From: Felis catus
Taxonomy: Eukaryota
Assembly (NCBI RefSeq): GCF_018350175.1
Contig: NC_058368.1
Span: 108,316,001 to 108,380,000 of the forward strand
Reading direction: 5' to 3'
Length of the DNA: 64,000 nucleotides
Positions 52,411 to 64,000 of this stretch are shown here, in pieces (within the stretch, counting starts at the first letter, position 1; the number at the start of each line of letters is the position of its first letter). Under the pieces are notes generated by a model that saw only the letters and a program-made list of their open reading frames with translations, made no database searches and had not been told where the DNA came from. The position numbers were made by a program, and so were the translations under genes.

Positions 52411-52775
52411 AAAACCCCTAACTTTTAAACACTGATTATGTGTGAAATGACAATACTTGGATATATTGTGCTAAATGAAATATATTATTCAAATTAATTT
52501 TACCTGTTTCCTTTTACATTTTTAATGGGGCTACTAAAAATTTAAGAAAGCCTTTACAATAAAAAGCAACTCTACACCTAGAACTTAAAAAAAAAAAAAA
52601 TAGCAACTCTTATTTTCTTCAAGACTACTTATAAAAAACTTAGTCAATTACAGTAAAATTCAGCCTTTTTATAAATTTAAGTTCAGCTGTTTCAAGAACT
52701 ATTTTTTAACAAAGCAAGGATTATATATTATTATGAATTCCCCTGGATAAAAGTAATGAAAAAGAACATTACATT

Positions 52776-52995
52776 GGGGCACCTGGGTGGCTCGGTGAGT
52801 TAAGCACCAAACTCTTGATTTCAGATCAGGTCATGGTCTTACAGTTTGTGAGACTGAGCCCCACATCACGGCCTTGTGCTGACAGTGAAGAGCCTGCTTG
52901 GCAGCTTGGGATTCTTGGTCCCCCTTTCTCTCTGCCCCTCCCTCACTTGTGCTCTCCCTCTCTCTCAAAATAAATGTATAAAAACTTAAAAAAAA
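52776..52995 (+). mobile_element. CanSINE
   Basis: ggggcacctgggtggctcgg...aaaataaa. Confidence 0.9.
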
Positions 52996-53222
52996 CCATT
53001 ATATCCATACACTGCTGAACCGTATTTAATCACTCTCAAATGATAGATCACTTCTTTAATTAGGCTTACAATTTTGAAACAATATAGCAGATTTTCCCAA
53101 AGACCTTCTACCTGAATTTCATACCCTACTTAAAAGATAAGTGATCACCCAAAGCACAACCATGGGATATTTGGCAAAATAAAAAAGCCGTATGTACAGC
53201 ACACAAACTCCTAAGATATTAC

Positions 53223-53354
53223 CTGGTAGATATCAGATAAACTGCTGCTCCCAGAGTCACTGGCGATACTACAACCAGACTGACTAGAAGACACGTGAGT
53301 CACCTGTGGATGAGGGTTGTCTGTGATGTGCATCTTGGTAAGATCGGCTGGAAG
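53223..53354 (-). CDS. RAPGEF6: RAPGEF6 coding exon (~exon 7), 132 nt, phase 0-0
   Basis: Acceptor cttcag, donor CAG|gtaata; translates [44 protein letters not shown], recognised as RAPGEF6. Not in the ORF track. Confidence 0.96.
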
Positions 53355-53397
53355 CTGAAGAAGAAAAATAATTTAATATATTCTGAACATATATAAC

Positions 53398-53498
53398 CAT
53401 AGAATTGTTCAATCACTATACTGTACATCTGAAACTAATATAACACTGTTAACTATATTGGAATTAAATTAAGAAACAATAAAAAAATTAAATAAAAA
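53398..53498 (+). mobile_element. Carnivore L1 extreme 3'-end fragment
   Basis: aatcactatactgtacatctgaaactaatataacactgttaactatattggaattaaa followed by an A-rich tail. Confidence 0.75.
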
Positions 53499-53785
53499 CT
53501 TGTCAAGAGTTTTTGACATATTTTAATTTCTGCAACAAAGTTTGGTTTTATGTACATTACTGTGCAACCGCATTTCTAACCCAAATTCCCCACTTTTAGG
53601 AAAAATCTTCGGAAACAATAAGAACCAAATTAGTACTATGACACTGTTAGTCAAGCCTAGACAGGAATTCACTGTGTAGATTCCGGAAGAGATTACCATT
53701 AGTAATGGTATTTCAGAGGAAAAACTTTGCCCCTCTTTTGTTTCAAATAAAACTATCAGCTACTGCCACCCTAAAGTGTTAACAA

Positions 53786-53786
53786 T

Positions 53787-53834
<48 letters not shown>
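53786..53834. repeat. (TG)2(CG)n(CA)n compound microsatellite
   Basis: tgtgcgcgcgcgcacacacac...ac, uninterrupted purine-pyrimidine alternation. Confidence 0.95.
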
Positions 53835-53835
<1 letters not shown>

Positions 53836-54329
53836 ACTAACACAAAATAGTCATTAGTATGAAAAAAAAAAAGGCAGTATCTTGGGTTAAAGTACAGCAT
53901 CTGGCAGCAAGACTTAATAGTTGACTGCATTCCAAATTTCAAAAATTTTATACCCTCTTTTCACATAATATTGTACCAATTTGTAGTTGGTCCCTAAAAA
54001 GTTTGTTAGTAATCATGATTTAATGAATGTCTATGCTAGGTGCAAGGATACAAGAGACTTAAGAAGGAAATTATTCTACATTATCTTTAGTGCGGTTATG
54101 CTTTTATAAAGGATGCAAGTTTGTACAATACCTTTCATACCAAAAAAAAAAAACCAACAACACAACAACACAAACCTCACAAAATAAATGCAATAGGAAT
54201 TAAGATAAACAACAAACCACTATGCTGCAGAGTAGTGAAAGAAAGTATTAGATAGGAGGCATGGTGATCTATTTTCCAAATAATTCCTCTGCAACTGCTA
54301 TTCAGGAACATTAAGAGAAATCTACTTAC

Positions 54330-54548
54330 TTTTTAATTTTTTTTTTTAACGTTTATTTATTTTTGAGACAGAGAGAGACAGAGTATGAACGGGGGAGGGT
54401 CAGAGAGAGGGAGACACAGAATCCAAAACAGGCTCCAGGCTCTGAGCTGTCAGCACAGAGCCCGACGCGGGGCTTGAACTCACGGACTGCAGGATCATGA
54501 CCTGAGCCGAAGTCGGCTGCTTAACCGACTGAGCCACCCAGGCGCCCC
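54330..54548 (-). mobile_element. Young SINEC_Fc-type SINE
   Basis: CpG-rich; TSD tctacttactttttaa. Confidence 0.93.
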
Positions 54549-55251
54549 TCTACTTACTTTTTAAAACAGGGGTTCTCATTGCTTTAGTGCAAAAAAACAT
54601 TAAGGAAACATGCATTTAGTTTTACTAAAAACTAAATAAACCCTAAAGGAAAAACGGCCAAGTCTGAATTCTATTATCTTAACAGTAGTCACTGCAATTA
54701 TCAAAACTACACACAGAAATGGTATCACATATGCCCCTGCTGATAATAGTAGGTAACTAACTCAGATGAATTCTCTAACTATGGTAAACAGAAAAACTGG
54801 AACACACACAATATGACCTTTGAGGTTTTGCTGATTCATAAAGATGAGATCAAGAGATTCAGAAGCACTTCTGAGTCACTGGTTAAAGAGACAAAAGTTA
54901 TATTCCAAGGCCTAGCATGTAAGGGCTGTTCTCTGGAAGGGGACCCTGGAAAAAACATTACACTCAAGTAATGAATGTGATCCAAAAGTAAACTGATGCT
55001 CATTTTAGAATCCATCTCAATCCCTGAAGTTGTATTAAGGTTATACAGGGTTACTAGTGCTTCTAGTTAACTACTGGAAGCAAATGAATCTTTACCATAA
55101 AAATTTTGCATATACAACATACATTGCTCAAATAAATCTAAGCACATTACAAGACAGCATTGATGAAAACAGAATAAACTTCAGACAACAATGAAGAACT
55201 TACAAATAACGCAGTAAACAGATTTTAAAATAACTGTATTTAATATATATA

Positions 55252-55430
55252 GCAGGGGTTGGCAAACATTTTCTTTAAAGGACCAAGGAGTATATATTTT
55301 AGACTTTTGTAGGCAACATATAATCTCTATACATACTTTCCTTTGACTTTTTTTTTTTTAAACAACCCCTTAAAATGTAAAAATCATTCTTAGCTCTCAG
55401 GGGATACAGCTCACTGGCCATACATGTTCT
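55252..55430 (+). mobile_element. MER58-family hAT-Charlie element
   Basis: caggggttggcaaacattttctttaaaggacca...aaaatgtaaaaatcattcttagctc. Confidence 0.7.
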
Positions 55431-55453
55431 AGTATAGCAATCCATGGTAAAGA

Positions 55454-55780
55454 CACCTGCACTTTGAATTAACACAGGTTTGAACTATATGGCTCCACTT
55501 ATGAATGGGTCTACTTACATGTGGATCTTTTCAATACATTGTAGTACTGCAAATGTATTTTCCTTATGATCTTCTTCATAACATTCTTTTTTCTAGCTTA
55601 CATTATTGTAATAATACATATAACAAACAAAATATGTCTTAATTGACTATGTTATTGGTAAGGTTTCCACTCAACAGTAGGCTGTCAGTACTTAAGTTTT
55701 TGTGGACTTAAAAGTTATACATGGATTTCCAACTGCACAGGGGTCAGCGGTGCTTGAACCCCTGTTCAAGGGTCACGTCT
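55454..55780 (+). mobile_element. Tigger2a-like (TcMar-Tigger) element
   Basis: aacacaggtttgaact...ccacttat; caacagtaggct...aaaagttatacatggatttccaactgc...tgttcaagggtca. Confidence 0.78.
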
Positions 55781-55784
55781 ATAG

Positions 55785-56990
55785 AGATAAAGACTTAAGA
55801 AAAATTAACTTTAGCAAATAAGTATTAACCAAAAATAAAATCAAAAATCTAAAATTGGAAATTAAAGTTATGGAAATTAAAAAGTCAAACATGGACTCAA
55901 CAGATTTGACAGAACTAAGATAATTAGAAAAGTAAAGGGGAGGGGCGCCTGGGTGGCTCAGTTAGTTAAGTATCCGAATTCAGCTTCATCTCATGGTTTG
56001 TGAGTTCAAGACCCACGTCACACTCTCTGTTGTCGACACAGAGCCCACTCTGGATCCTCTGTCCCCCTCTCTCTCTGCCCCTCCTATGCCTGCATGGGTG
56101 CATGCACGTGTGCGCATTCTCTCCCTCAAAAATAATCAAAGATTAAAAAAAAGAATAAGTAAAGACTGGCCTGAAAAAATATCCACAATGAAGCATGAAG
56201 GTAAAAAAGAATGAAGTTGGGAGAGAAGGGGCAAAAACCACAGGAGATACAGCGAGAAGTTATCATCTGAATAACCAAAGAGAGGGGAAAAAAAAAAGCT
56301 ATTCAAGGCATAGAAGATAATGGCTGAGCATTTTCCCAAATGACAGAATATATAGTTACAGATCACACAGCTTTAAAAATTACCAACAAGATAAATAATT
56401 ACAAAGCCATAGGTATGCATACTAGGGTAAAACTGGTGGGGGGAAAAAAGAGAGAAAAGTCTTAAAAGCAGTCAGGAAAAAAAGATTACTTTGACAAGAC
56501 CAAAATTAAACTGATGGTTGACTTTTCAACAGAAATCTGGAAGCCAGAAGACAATGGAATAATATCTACAACAGCTAAAATTCTGTACCCAGCAAGAACA
56601 GTCCTCAAAGAAAAGGCAAAAGTAAAGACATTTTCAGAGAACCAAAAATGAAAAGAAATACTCTCCAACAGACCTAGAATGAAGAAAATCCACTGGGAAA
56701 AAGAAAACAATTCCAAACGGAAATTTCTAGATGCAGGAAAGAAGGAAAACCAATGAAAACCAGGAAATGTGTGGGTATCTCCATGAATAGTGACTACATA
56801 AATAGTAACATTAAGTTCCCATAAAGTTTATAATACATACATACAATTAAAATATGTTTTAACAACAGAATGTAAGGTTGGCAAAAAGTAAACAAAGTTA
56901 TAAAAGTACTTTAAGTTCTCTGCAATGTCCATGAAACTGTGGCAACAGACTTGATAGATGAAGGATGCATTGCTGTAACCTCTGATTTAT
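55785..56990 (+). mobile_element. Old L1/HAL1 ORF1-like remnant
   Basis: gataatggctgagcattttcccaaa, gacttttcaacagaaatctggaagccagaagacaatggaataatatct, aaaattctgtacccagcaa. Confidence 0.65.
55943..56151 (+). mobile_element. CanSINE
   Basis: ggggcgcctgggtggctcagttagttaag. Confidence 0.88.
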
Positions 56991-57005
56991 ATTTAGTAAA
57001 AAAGT

Positions 57006-57129
57006 GGGGGTGTCTGGGTGGCTCAGTCCATTAAGCATCTGACTCTTGATTTTAGCTCAGGTCTTGATGTCACAGTCGTGAGATGGAGCCCTGCATCACG
57101 CTCAAAGCCGGGGGTGCAGCCTGCTTGGG

Positions 57130-57183
<54 letters not shown>

Positions 57184-57273
57184 CCTCCCTCCCTCCCTCT
57201 CCCTCTCCCTCTCTCCCTCCCTCCCTCTCAAAAACAACAAACAAAAAACAAAGAAAAAACAAAAACAAATTAA
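57006..57273 (+). mobile_element. CanSINE with long (CT)n/(CCCT)n tract
   Basis: gggtgtctgggtggctcagtcc; (CT)n 57133-57178; accounts for the start of the 222-aa ORF. Confidence 0.9.
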
Positions 57274-57689
57274 AATGCTATGATCAAAAAATGTGGAATA
57301 AACTAAAGCTATGCTCAGAGGCCATTCTGTGGCTCTACTATGTGTATTTTAAAAAGCAGCAGAAAATCAATGAGCTAACTATAACTGGTTATAATAATAC
57401 AAAAATAGTGAGAGGAGAATGTCTCAGGTCAAAGATCTTCCTCCTACTTAGTTTCTACAGAAAAAAAATCTTACACAGGAATGAAGTAGATGAAAAGCCA
57501 AAGAATGAAAATAGTTTTCAAAGGTCAGATGATTGGTTCAGGTGTCAGGAGTGGGAGATAATCTATATTCCAAGATTCCTACAGAGGTTAAGACCAAAGA
57601 GAAGGAGGTCATCCATAAAAGTAACACAAAGAACCAAAGCCAGAAGAGCAAGTCCTGGCTTAGTAGTAATACTTAAAATCTACTAAGCA

Positions 57690-58250
57690 ATCTTTCATCC
57701 TCACTAGACCCTAAAAACAGGCATTATTATCATCCCTGCTTTACAAATGAGGAACTGTGGCGATCTCTAACTCAAGTAAGTAGTGGAGTTAGAATGCAAA
57801 CCCAGGTCTATCTGAGTCTATTAGTCTCCGCTATATTCTACTTTGTACCAGCAACTCTGCTGGTAACATAAAGATGAAAGCAGATAGGTACCACCTTCAA
57901 GGACCACAGTTTAAGAGTGAAGAGTGCACACAGATTTACAAGTACACAGCATCTCCTTTCTACCTCATGAAGAAAATTTAGATCTACATATAGGAATCCT
58001 TTCAACTTTTTTATCTGATGAGAATAATAATGGTCACTGCAGCTAATGTTTGCTCATTACATGTGCCAAATATGTAAGCTAGCAAACATTCCCTTCTACA
58101 TACTTTTTACATAGATCATCTAATTTAATCATCAAAGATTAGAAAACCAAGGCCCAGAGAAGTTACACAAGTTGCCCACAGTCACATAGCTAGGAAGAAG
58201 GGAAACTGGATTTGAAATCCAGACAGCCTGACTATGTATCAGTTGCTCTT
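57690..58250. mobile_element. MIR fragments
   Basis: attattatcatccctgctttacaaatgaggaactg; gaaaaccaaggcccagagaagtt...ttgcccacagtcacatagcta...ggatttgaaatccag. Confidence 0.7.
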
Positions 58251-58901
58251 TCCTAGTAAGTTGTTTCCTGATACTAAGTTGTGAATTCCTAACACCTAAC
58301 AGTTCCTATTTTCTTTCTAACAAAAGAGGCAGAAGGGAAAAAGTTTCCTCCCACAGGAATTCTTAATTTCTTAAACCTTCTCTGACTTTTCTTCCTGATC
58401 CCAGAAGGGACTTAATAGCTGACCTTTCATGAGCAATCTCAATTCACCATGATCCTTGGAGCCTACCAGGTCTTTCAATCTCTCCTAATTTCCACAGTTC
58501 CTTTATCCATTTTTTTATACCTGAACTTCTGGGCTCTGCTGGAGCTCAAATGTCCATGAGGACCAGTATCAAAGTTTTATTTGGAGATTGGAAAGGTTAT
58601 TCAGCTTGAATACAGACAAAGATTATGAAAAAGTACATAGTCTGTTGAAGACTGTGTACATATAAAGGAGAAAGCATGCATTAAAAGAGGCTAGACGTAC
58701 AGCATAATCTTCAATGTCGAACAAAGTATGCATTTTAATTTTGATCCCAAATAGGTAACACAGAGCTTCTGAGAAGGGCAGTGACAGACAGAGCTGCTGT
58801 TATGTCTCAGATAGACTTAACGTACCAAAATGTGTATTTCATGGATTCAAAGTTCTCTGTAGGTCCAGGTAACAATTTGGGGCAAGTGCTTTAAATTTCA
58901 T

Positions 58902-59121
58902 TTTTTTTAATGTTTACTTTTGAGAGAGAGAGACGGGGAGTTGGGGGTGGGGGAGGGAGAGGCAGAGAGAGAGAGAGAGAGAGAGAGAAACAGAATCCTA
59001 AGTAGGCTCCAGGCTCTGAGCTATCTGCATAGAGCCCAATGTGGGGCTCAAACTTCCGGACCATGAGATCATGAACTGATCTTAAGTCTGATGCTTAATC
59101 AACTGAGCCACCCAGGCGTCC
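58902..59121 (-). mobile_element. CanSINE
   Basis: TSD ttggggcaagtgcttta. Confidence 0.9.
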
Positions 59122-61188
59122 TTGGGGCAAGTGCTTTATATGCAGACCCCAATACTGCTTTGCTTTTGGTTCTGCCATATCAATACAGGACCAATTAAGT
59201 CACAGCAGCAGGAGAAGAAGGCTGCTGGAAGAGACTGGTGAACCCTGGCAACAACCAGCGAAATAAAAATTTAAACAAGTAACTTTTTTTCATCAATTGG
59301 CAAAAAGAAAGCTGGATAATACAAAATATGGGCAAGACTATGGAGGAACACAATATTCTCATAAATTACTAATGGGAGTTATGAATTGGGACAGCCACTC
59401 TGGAGAGTGATTTGAAGAGTAGCCACTCTGGAAAATAAACATTAAGAAGTATTACATTTAAAATACATGCACCTATGACTCAACAGGTCCTCTTCCGGTA
59501 TCTATCCTAAAAAAGCATACAGGTGTTTAAGGAGGAATGTACAAGAACATTCATTATGAACAAACTGTAACAGTTTAAAGAAAACCAACCATCCCAAGGA
59601 GAATGGCTAAATTGTTATAGCCTATTATGGAATACTGTGCAACAGTTCAAGGTATGAGGTAGACCTGTATAGTCAAAGTTGAATAGGTCTCCTTGATACA
59701 CTGATTAAAAAAGTAACTATCATTATAAATGTAAGACTCATTTTTTTAAAAGCCTAAAAATACCATTACATATTTTCTGGGTACAAACTTATCTAAGGGT
59801 GGGAGAAAAGATCTGGAGAAATATATACCAAACAATCAAGAGTAGTACTCTCTAGTGAAAGAGGAAGATCAAGGCTGGTAGTCCAAAAGGAATTTCAGCA
59901 TGAAGAAAACATTTCTCTATTATTTCTATGAATAAATTATTTGAAATGTTTTCAAACCTGAAAACAAATATATATAAATCCATCTATGTGAGGGTAATTT
60001 TCTCTTACCTTCCCACTTGAAAAATGGCCACAAACACTGGAATGTGATAAAACTCTATAGCCCTTACTGTGTAAGGGTAGCTATACACATAATAGTATAC
60101 ATTCTGGCATTTTATGATGAAAAAATTAAATAAGGGTCATAAATGAGTTTTACTAGAATCCCTTATGAGAACATGGTAAGTGCTAACATACATGACATAC
60201 AAACCAGAGCTAAGAATGAGCATGTAACTTAAAACCATCAGAAACCAAGTACAAAGTGACATAAATTAGGTAAAAACAAAAACTCTCAACATCAGAGCCT
60301 ATACGGGAAGCTGAAAATGAGCGGAAAGTGAACTTCTATGTTTTCACCCTACTCCTTTGAATGCGGTACTCATGCTCTCTCTATTCCTATTATGTATAAG
60401 TGTGTGTATGTGTATCTATATCTACCTACCTACCTATCTACCCATCTAGATAAGCTTGAGTGAGCATGATGCAATCAGAAAACAGTAAGGAAATCAGGGT
60501 GGCTCAGGTGGGGATATACGTAGAGCCAGAAGTAGTATTTTTAGATTTCCTCTACGAGAAAAAAAGCTATTAAAAAACTCTAAGCAAGAAAATGACTAGA
60601 AGAGATCTGCTTTTTAAAAAGATTACTCTAGCATCATAGAAGATGAAATGGAAGACATACGTATGGAGACATGAAACATTAGTCAAGGCACAAGAAGACA
60701 GAAGCCTTATGAAATTAAAAGCAGATTTATAAAGGAGCTTCCAGGACTAGAGAGAGTGACATGTCCTTGAAATATCTGCTGACAATGAGAGAGAATTAAA
60801 AATAGATTCTAAGGCCCAAAAAGCACAGTTTGGAACCTGTTTTAGAGAGACAGTCTAAAATTTCTCAAAAGCCCTAAAGGAAAAAGCTTTATCTAATCAC
60901 AGTAGCCTTGGGTATGTTACACCAGCACTCTGCCTGAGGCAAGTCAAACTACAGCGGAAGCATGCGTGCCTAATTCAAATTCATTATTTTTACTAAAAGA
61001 TGAAGTTTGAAGGAATACTGTTAAACAACAGTAAGTATTAGAGTTTTTCCATTCTAAGACACATGTATCTCCCCACTTTAACATTTTTAAAAGCAAAGAG
61101 CAGCTTTCATTCAATATTTGCATTTAATAGTAAGTTTATTTAAAGTATTGACAGACTTGTTGAGAAAAAAGGAAATCAGTTTCCTCTT

Positions 61189-61866
61189 TGGGCCTGAGTA
61201 GCCCAGTCAATTGAGCTTCTGACTCTTGATTTTGGCTCAAGTCATGATACCAGGGTTGTGGGATCGAGCCCCGTGTTGGTCTCAGTACTGAGCATGGAAC
61301 CTGGTTAAGTATGTCTCTCTTTCCACCTCCCCCTTCTACTCTTCCCTATTCACACTCACTCTCTCTCTCAAATTAAAAAAAAAAAAAAAAGTTAAAAAGA
61401 GTGGGCAACTTTGAGACAAGCAAGAAAACTAAAACAGATGCAATGAATGAGGAGGAATGTACCAGAAGATAAAGGGAGAAGAGTCATACACTGTCTAGTG
61501 ACTCATGGTGAAGACTTTGGCTTATAGTCTGAACAAAGTCTGTTCAGAAGGGAGTGATCAGTTGTGTCAAAAGCTACAGACAGGATAAGTAAGATAAGGG
61601 CCAAAAACAAAACAAACGAAAAAAACAACCTATAGATTTAGTTGTGTGTAAAAATGAAAATTGGGGTCGCCTGGGTAGCTCAGTCATTTAAGTGACGGAC
61701 TCTGGCTCAGGTCATGATCTCATGGTTTGTGGGTTTGAGCCCGGCATCGGGCTCTGTGCTGACAGCTCAGAGCCTGGAGCCTGCTTCAGATTCTGTGTCT
61801 CCCTCTCCCTCCGCTCCTCCCCAACTTGTGCTCTTTCTCTCTCTCTCAAAAATAACCATTAAAAAA
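61189..61866 (+). mobile_element. Two CanSINEs (61189-61391; 61663-61866)
   Basis: ctgactcttgattttggctcaagtcatgat and ggggtcgcctgggtagctcag heads. Confidence 0.88.
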
Positions 61867-61869
61867 ATT

Positions 61870-63060
61870 TTTTAAGAGAAAAAGAAAGAAAATGGAAGCA
61901 CTTCCTTGACCTGTGACCCAAGAGCACCTAAGAGAAGGCAAATAGAAGCCAAAGAGGTAATGCCACTTCCATCCAGTAAACAGTTCCTTTGGGCAAGCAA
62001 ATTCCACAGACCAGGAAGGTGAATTCTCAGTGACTCAAGGAACATCAACTTCCTGAAAAAAATCCACACACACTCAACTAAGAGAAGAACTGAAACGTGA
62101 AGAAAAAGCTAAGACAACAATGAGGTAAATGAATGGTATCCATAAAAGGAAAACAAGTTATTAAACAAGGGTGGTTGTGAAAAATCATCAGTGGAGATTT
62201 CATAAATGATTACTACAATTAGAAATTTAAAAGATGAAGAGCAGAACAGCAACTGGTCACAAGTGGAGAATCAGTGAGCTAGAAGATCAGACTGAAAATG
62301 CATGGAGTGAAAATAAAGTATGAAACAAATGTTTAGAGATATTTTGGACAGATCCAGAGTTCTAACATCTGGAGCAATAAGACGAGAACTGCAGTTTTCA
62401 AAAAATAAATTTCCCATAAATGAATACCCAGAGGAATCTTCAGCTTGAGAGAGACTTCCAGGTACCAAGAAAACAAAACAAAAATTACAACAATCCATAG
62501 TAAAACTTCACGGCATAAAGGATAAAAATAAAATCCAAAGAAAAACACAACTAACCACAAACAACAAGAAAAACAGATTGCTTGACAAAGGAATAAGAAT
62601 TAAAAGGAGTCCAGACTTCTCATCACTAACACTGGATGCCAAAAGACAAGGCATTAACTTTTTCAAAGTGCTAAAAAGAAAAGACTTTAGATTTATTATT
62701 TTATATAATAAACAATTATTTTATAAATATAAAGTAAGGCATTTTGAACATTTAAGTTCATCTACTCCCCTTTCTCCTTTCTCTTGCTGCTAGAACCACT
62801 TATTCTGTTAAGAACATAAAAGAACTCAGAAGTAATGAAATCCAAGTAGTAGGGTGGGCAAAATACATGAATTAATAAATAAAAATCAGTAGGATGTACT
62901 GGAAAATCAAAAGTACCAAGTATGAAAAATTAATCACAGGTTTAATGTGTTTAATCACAATCCAGAGTTAAAATTCCATCAGGAATAACATGAAAGATGG
63001 GGGAGGGGAAAAGGAGACATGTACTCTTTTATAAATACTTAATTTACATAGTCAAGTACT
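61870..63060 (+). mobile_element. Old L1/HAL1 ORF1-like remnant
   Basis: cagacttctcatcactaacactggatgccaaaagacaa...ttcaaagtgct; gacagatccagagttctaacat. Confidence 0.55.
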
Positions 63061-64000
63061 AATCACAGAATCCTGCTCAGATGGTATTTGCTGGCATCGA
63101 ATCAAACCTTAAAATCTGATTTTTTTTAAATCCCCTTTGGCTCTTCTACACTTGTTAAATCTTAAAAGTTGATTACCAGTACCACCAAGGTCTATTTTTT
63201 GTTGTTATTCTAAAAAAAACAACCCCTATATCTCATTCTTGATTTTCCTTAAAGCTTATTCATTTGGTCTCATCCATTTCCCTTCTGTATGTTTTAAACC
63301 TCAGTAGTGTCGCCATCAAGCATCCACAAAGCATGGACCCCACAGGTGGCATTTGTACTACAGAGGCCACCCTTGTCTTACCAGATAGTACAAATGAAGT
63401 GTATACCTATGTTTCTTTCCATCTCTTTACATTTCAATCAGTTGTTTGATAATGAATGTCAATGTCTTTCCAGAAACTGCATTTAAGAAAGATAGGCAGT
63501 GAGCCATCTTTCAGATAAAACTGTATACTACGACGACGCTATCCTAGTATTTCTCCCTTAGTCACCATCAGTAGGACAACCTTTAAACAAAGACATGATT
63601 TCATCCTAGGAAATGCCTCTATTGTGCCTGTCTCTATTCAACAAAACCATAAGGAAATCTTAACAGAGTCAATTAAAATGTTACTAACACATTTAGTTTT
63701 TATAAGACAAAACTAAAAATTCATACTACTCTGTTTTTGTTTTGAAATTTACATAACAGGAAAGAGAACTTGAGTGGCATCAGATTCCAGATCTATATAA
63801 ACAGCCAATATAAACAATGCAATTTATTAAATTACACTGTATATTTTCCTAAAACCTAGCATGTCCTTTTGTGTAGCATTCTGCTTTACTGTGAGTTAAT
63901 GTTTGCTTTAAAAAAAATGACAAATATAACAGATGCTATCTTAATGTCTCAAGCTACTAATAGTTCACTTACTACTATTTTTAAAATGCTTAAGAACACT

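Larger units (their letters stand above)
51190..52545. mobile_element. MER33-like hAT-Charlie element split by two later insertions
   Basis: Left part atggtagccact...tgaactgagatgc (51190-51311); right part gaaatgacaatacttggatatattg...aattaattttacctgtttc...ggctacta (to ~52545). Confidence 0.65.

Noticed and set aside
57018..57686. Longest ORF in the track (222 aa)
   Set aside because: Begins in a CanSINE head, runs through (CT)n and the A tail, has no recognisable domain, and starts at GTG.
60009..60036. Possible 28-nt cryptic exon (ttccag|...GGGAAG|gtaaga, minus strand)
   Set aside because: Strong donor but mediocre acceptor, not frame-preserving, no other support; such sites are common by chance.
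60930..60970. AP-2 (gcctgaggc), ETS (cggaag) and NRF1-half motifs close together
   Set aside because: Short motifs expected by chance in 64 kb.
63336..63351. CTCF-like motif ccccacaggtggca
   Set aside because: Two core mismatches; cannot be supported without ChIP data.

Overview
Mammalian genomic DNA, very probably from a felid, judging by about 43 carnivore tRNA-derived CanSINEs including young cat-type SINEC_Fc copies. The whole window lies inside RAPGEF6 (PDZ-GEF2 / RA-GEF-2) on the minus strand. Eleven constitutive coding exons (53354 down to 5850, 1744 nt) have GT-AG boundaries and splice into one open frame covering the cNMP-binding-like, REM and PDZ domains and the linker before the RA domain. 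They match about human exons 7-17 (numbering from recall). The gene start and end lie outside the window. The rest is intron filled with SINEs, old L1/L2/MIR, LTRs and DNA transposons; most ORFs in the supplied track are repeat-derived noise. Most notable: a 15-nt frame-preserving microexon with a neural SRRM4-type signature (2938-2952); a candidate 183-nt stop-containing exon or internal first exon (42207-42389); a tailless retrocopy of precursor initiator tRNA-Met and a 3'-truncated 7SK retrocopy in the same 2-kb intron; and an unidentified ~820-bp retrocopy inside a MER33 element. I found no evidence for a wholly new biological system. Repeat family names come from recalled consensus motifs and repeat boundaries are approximate.
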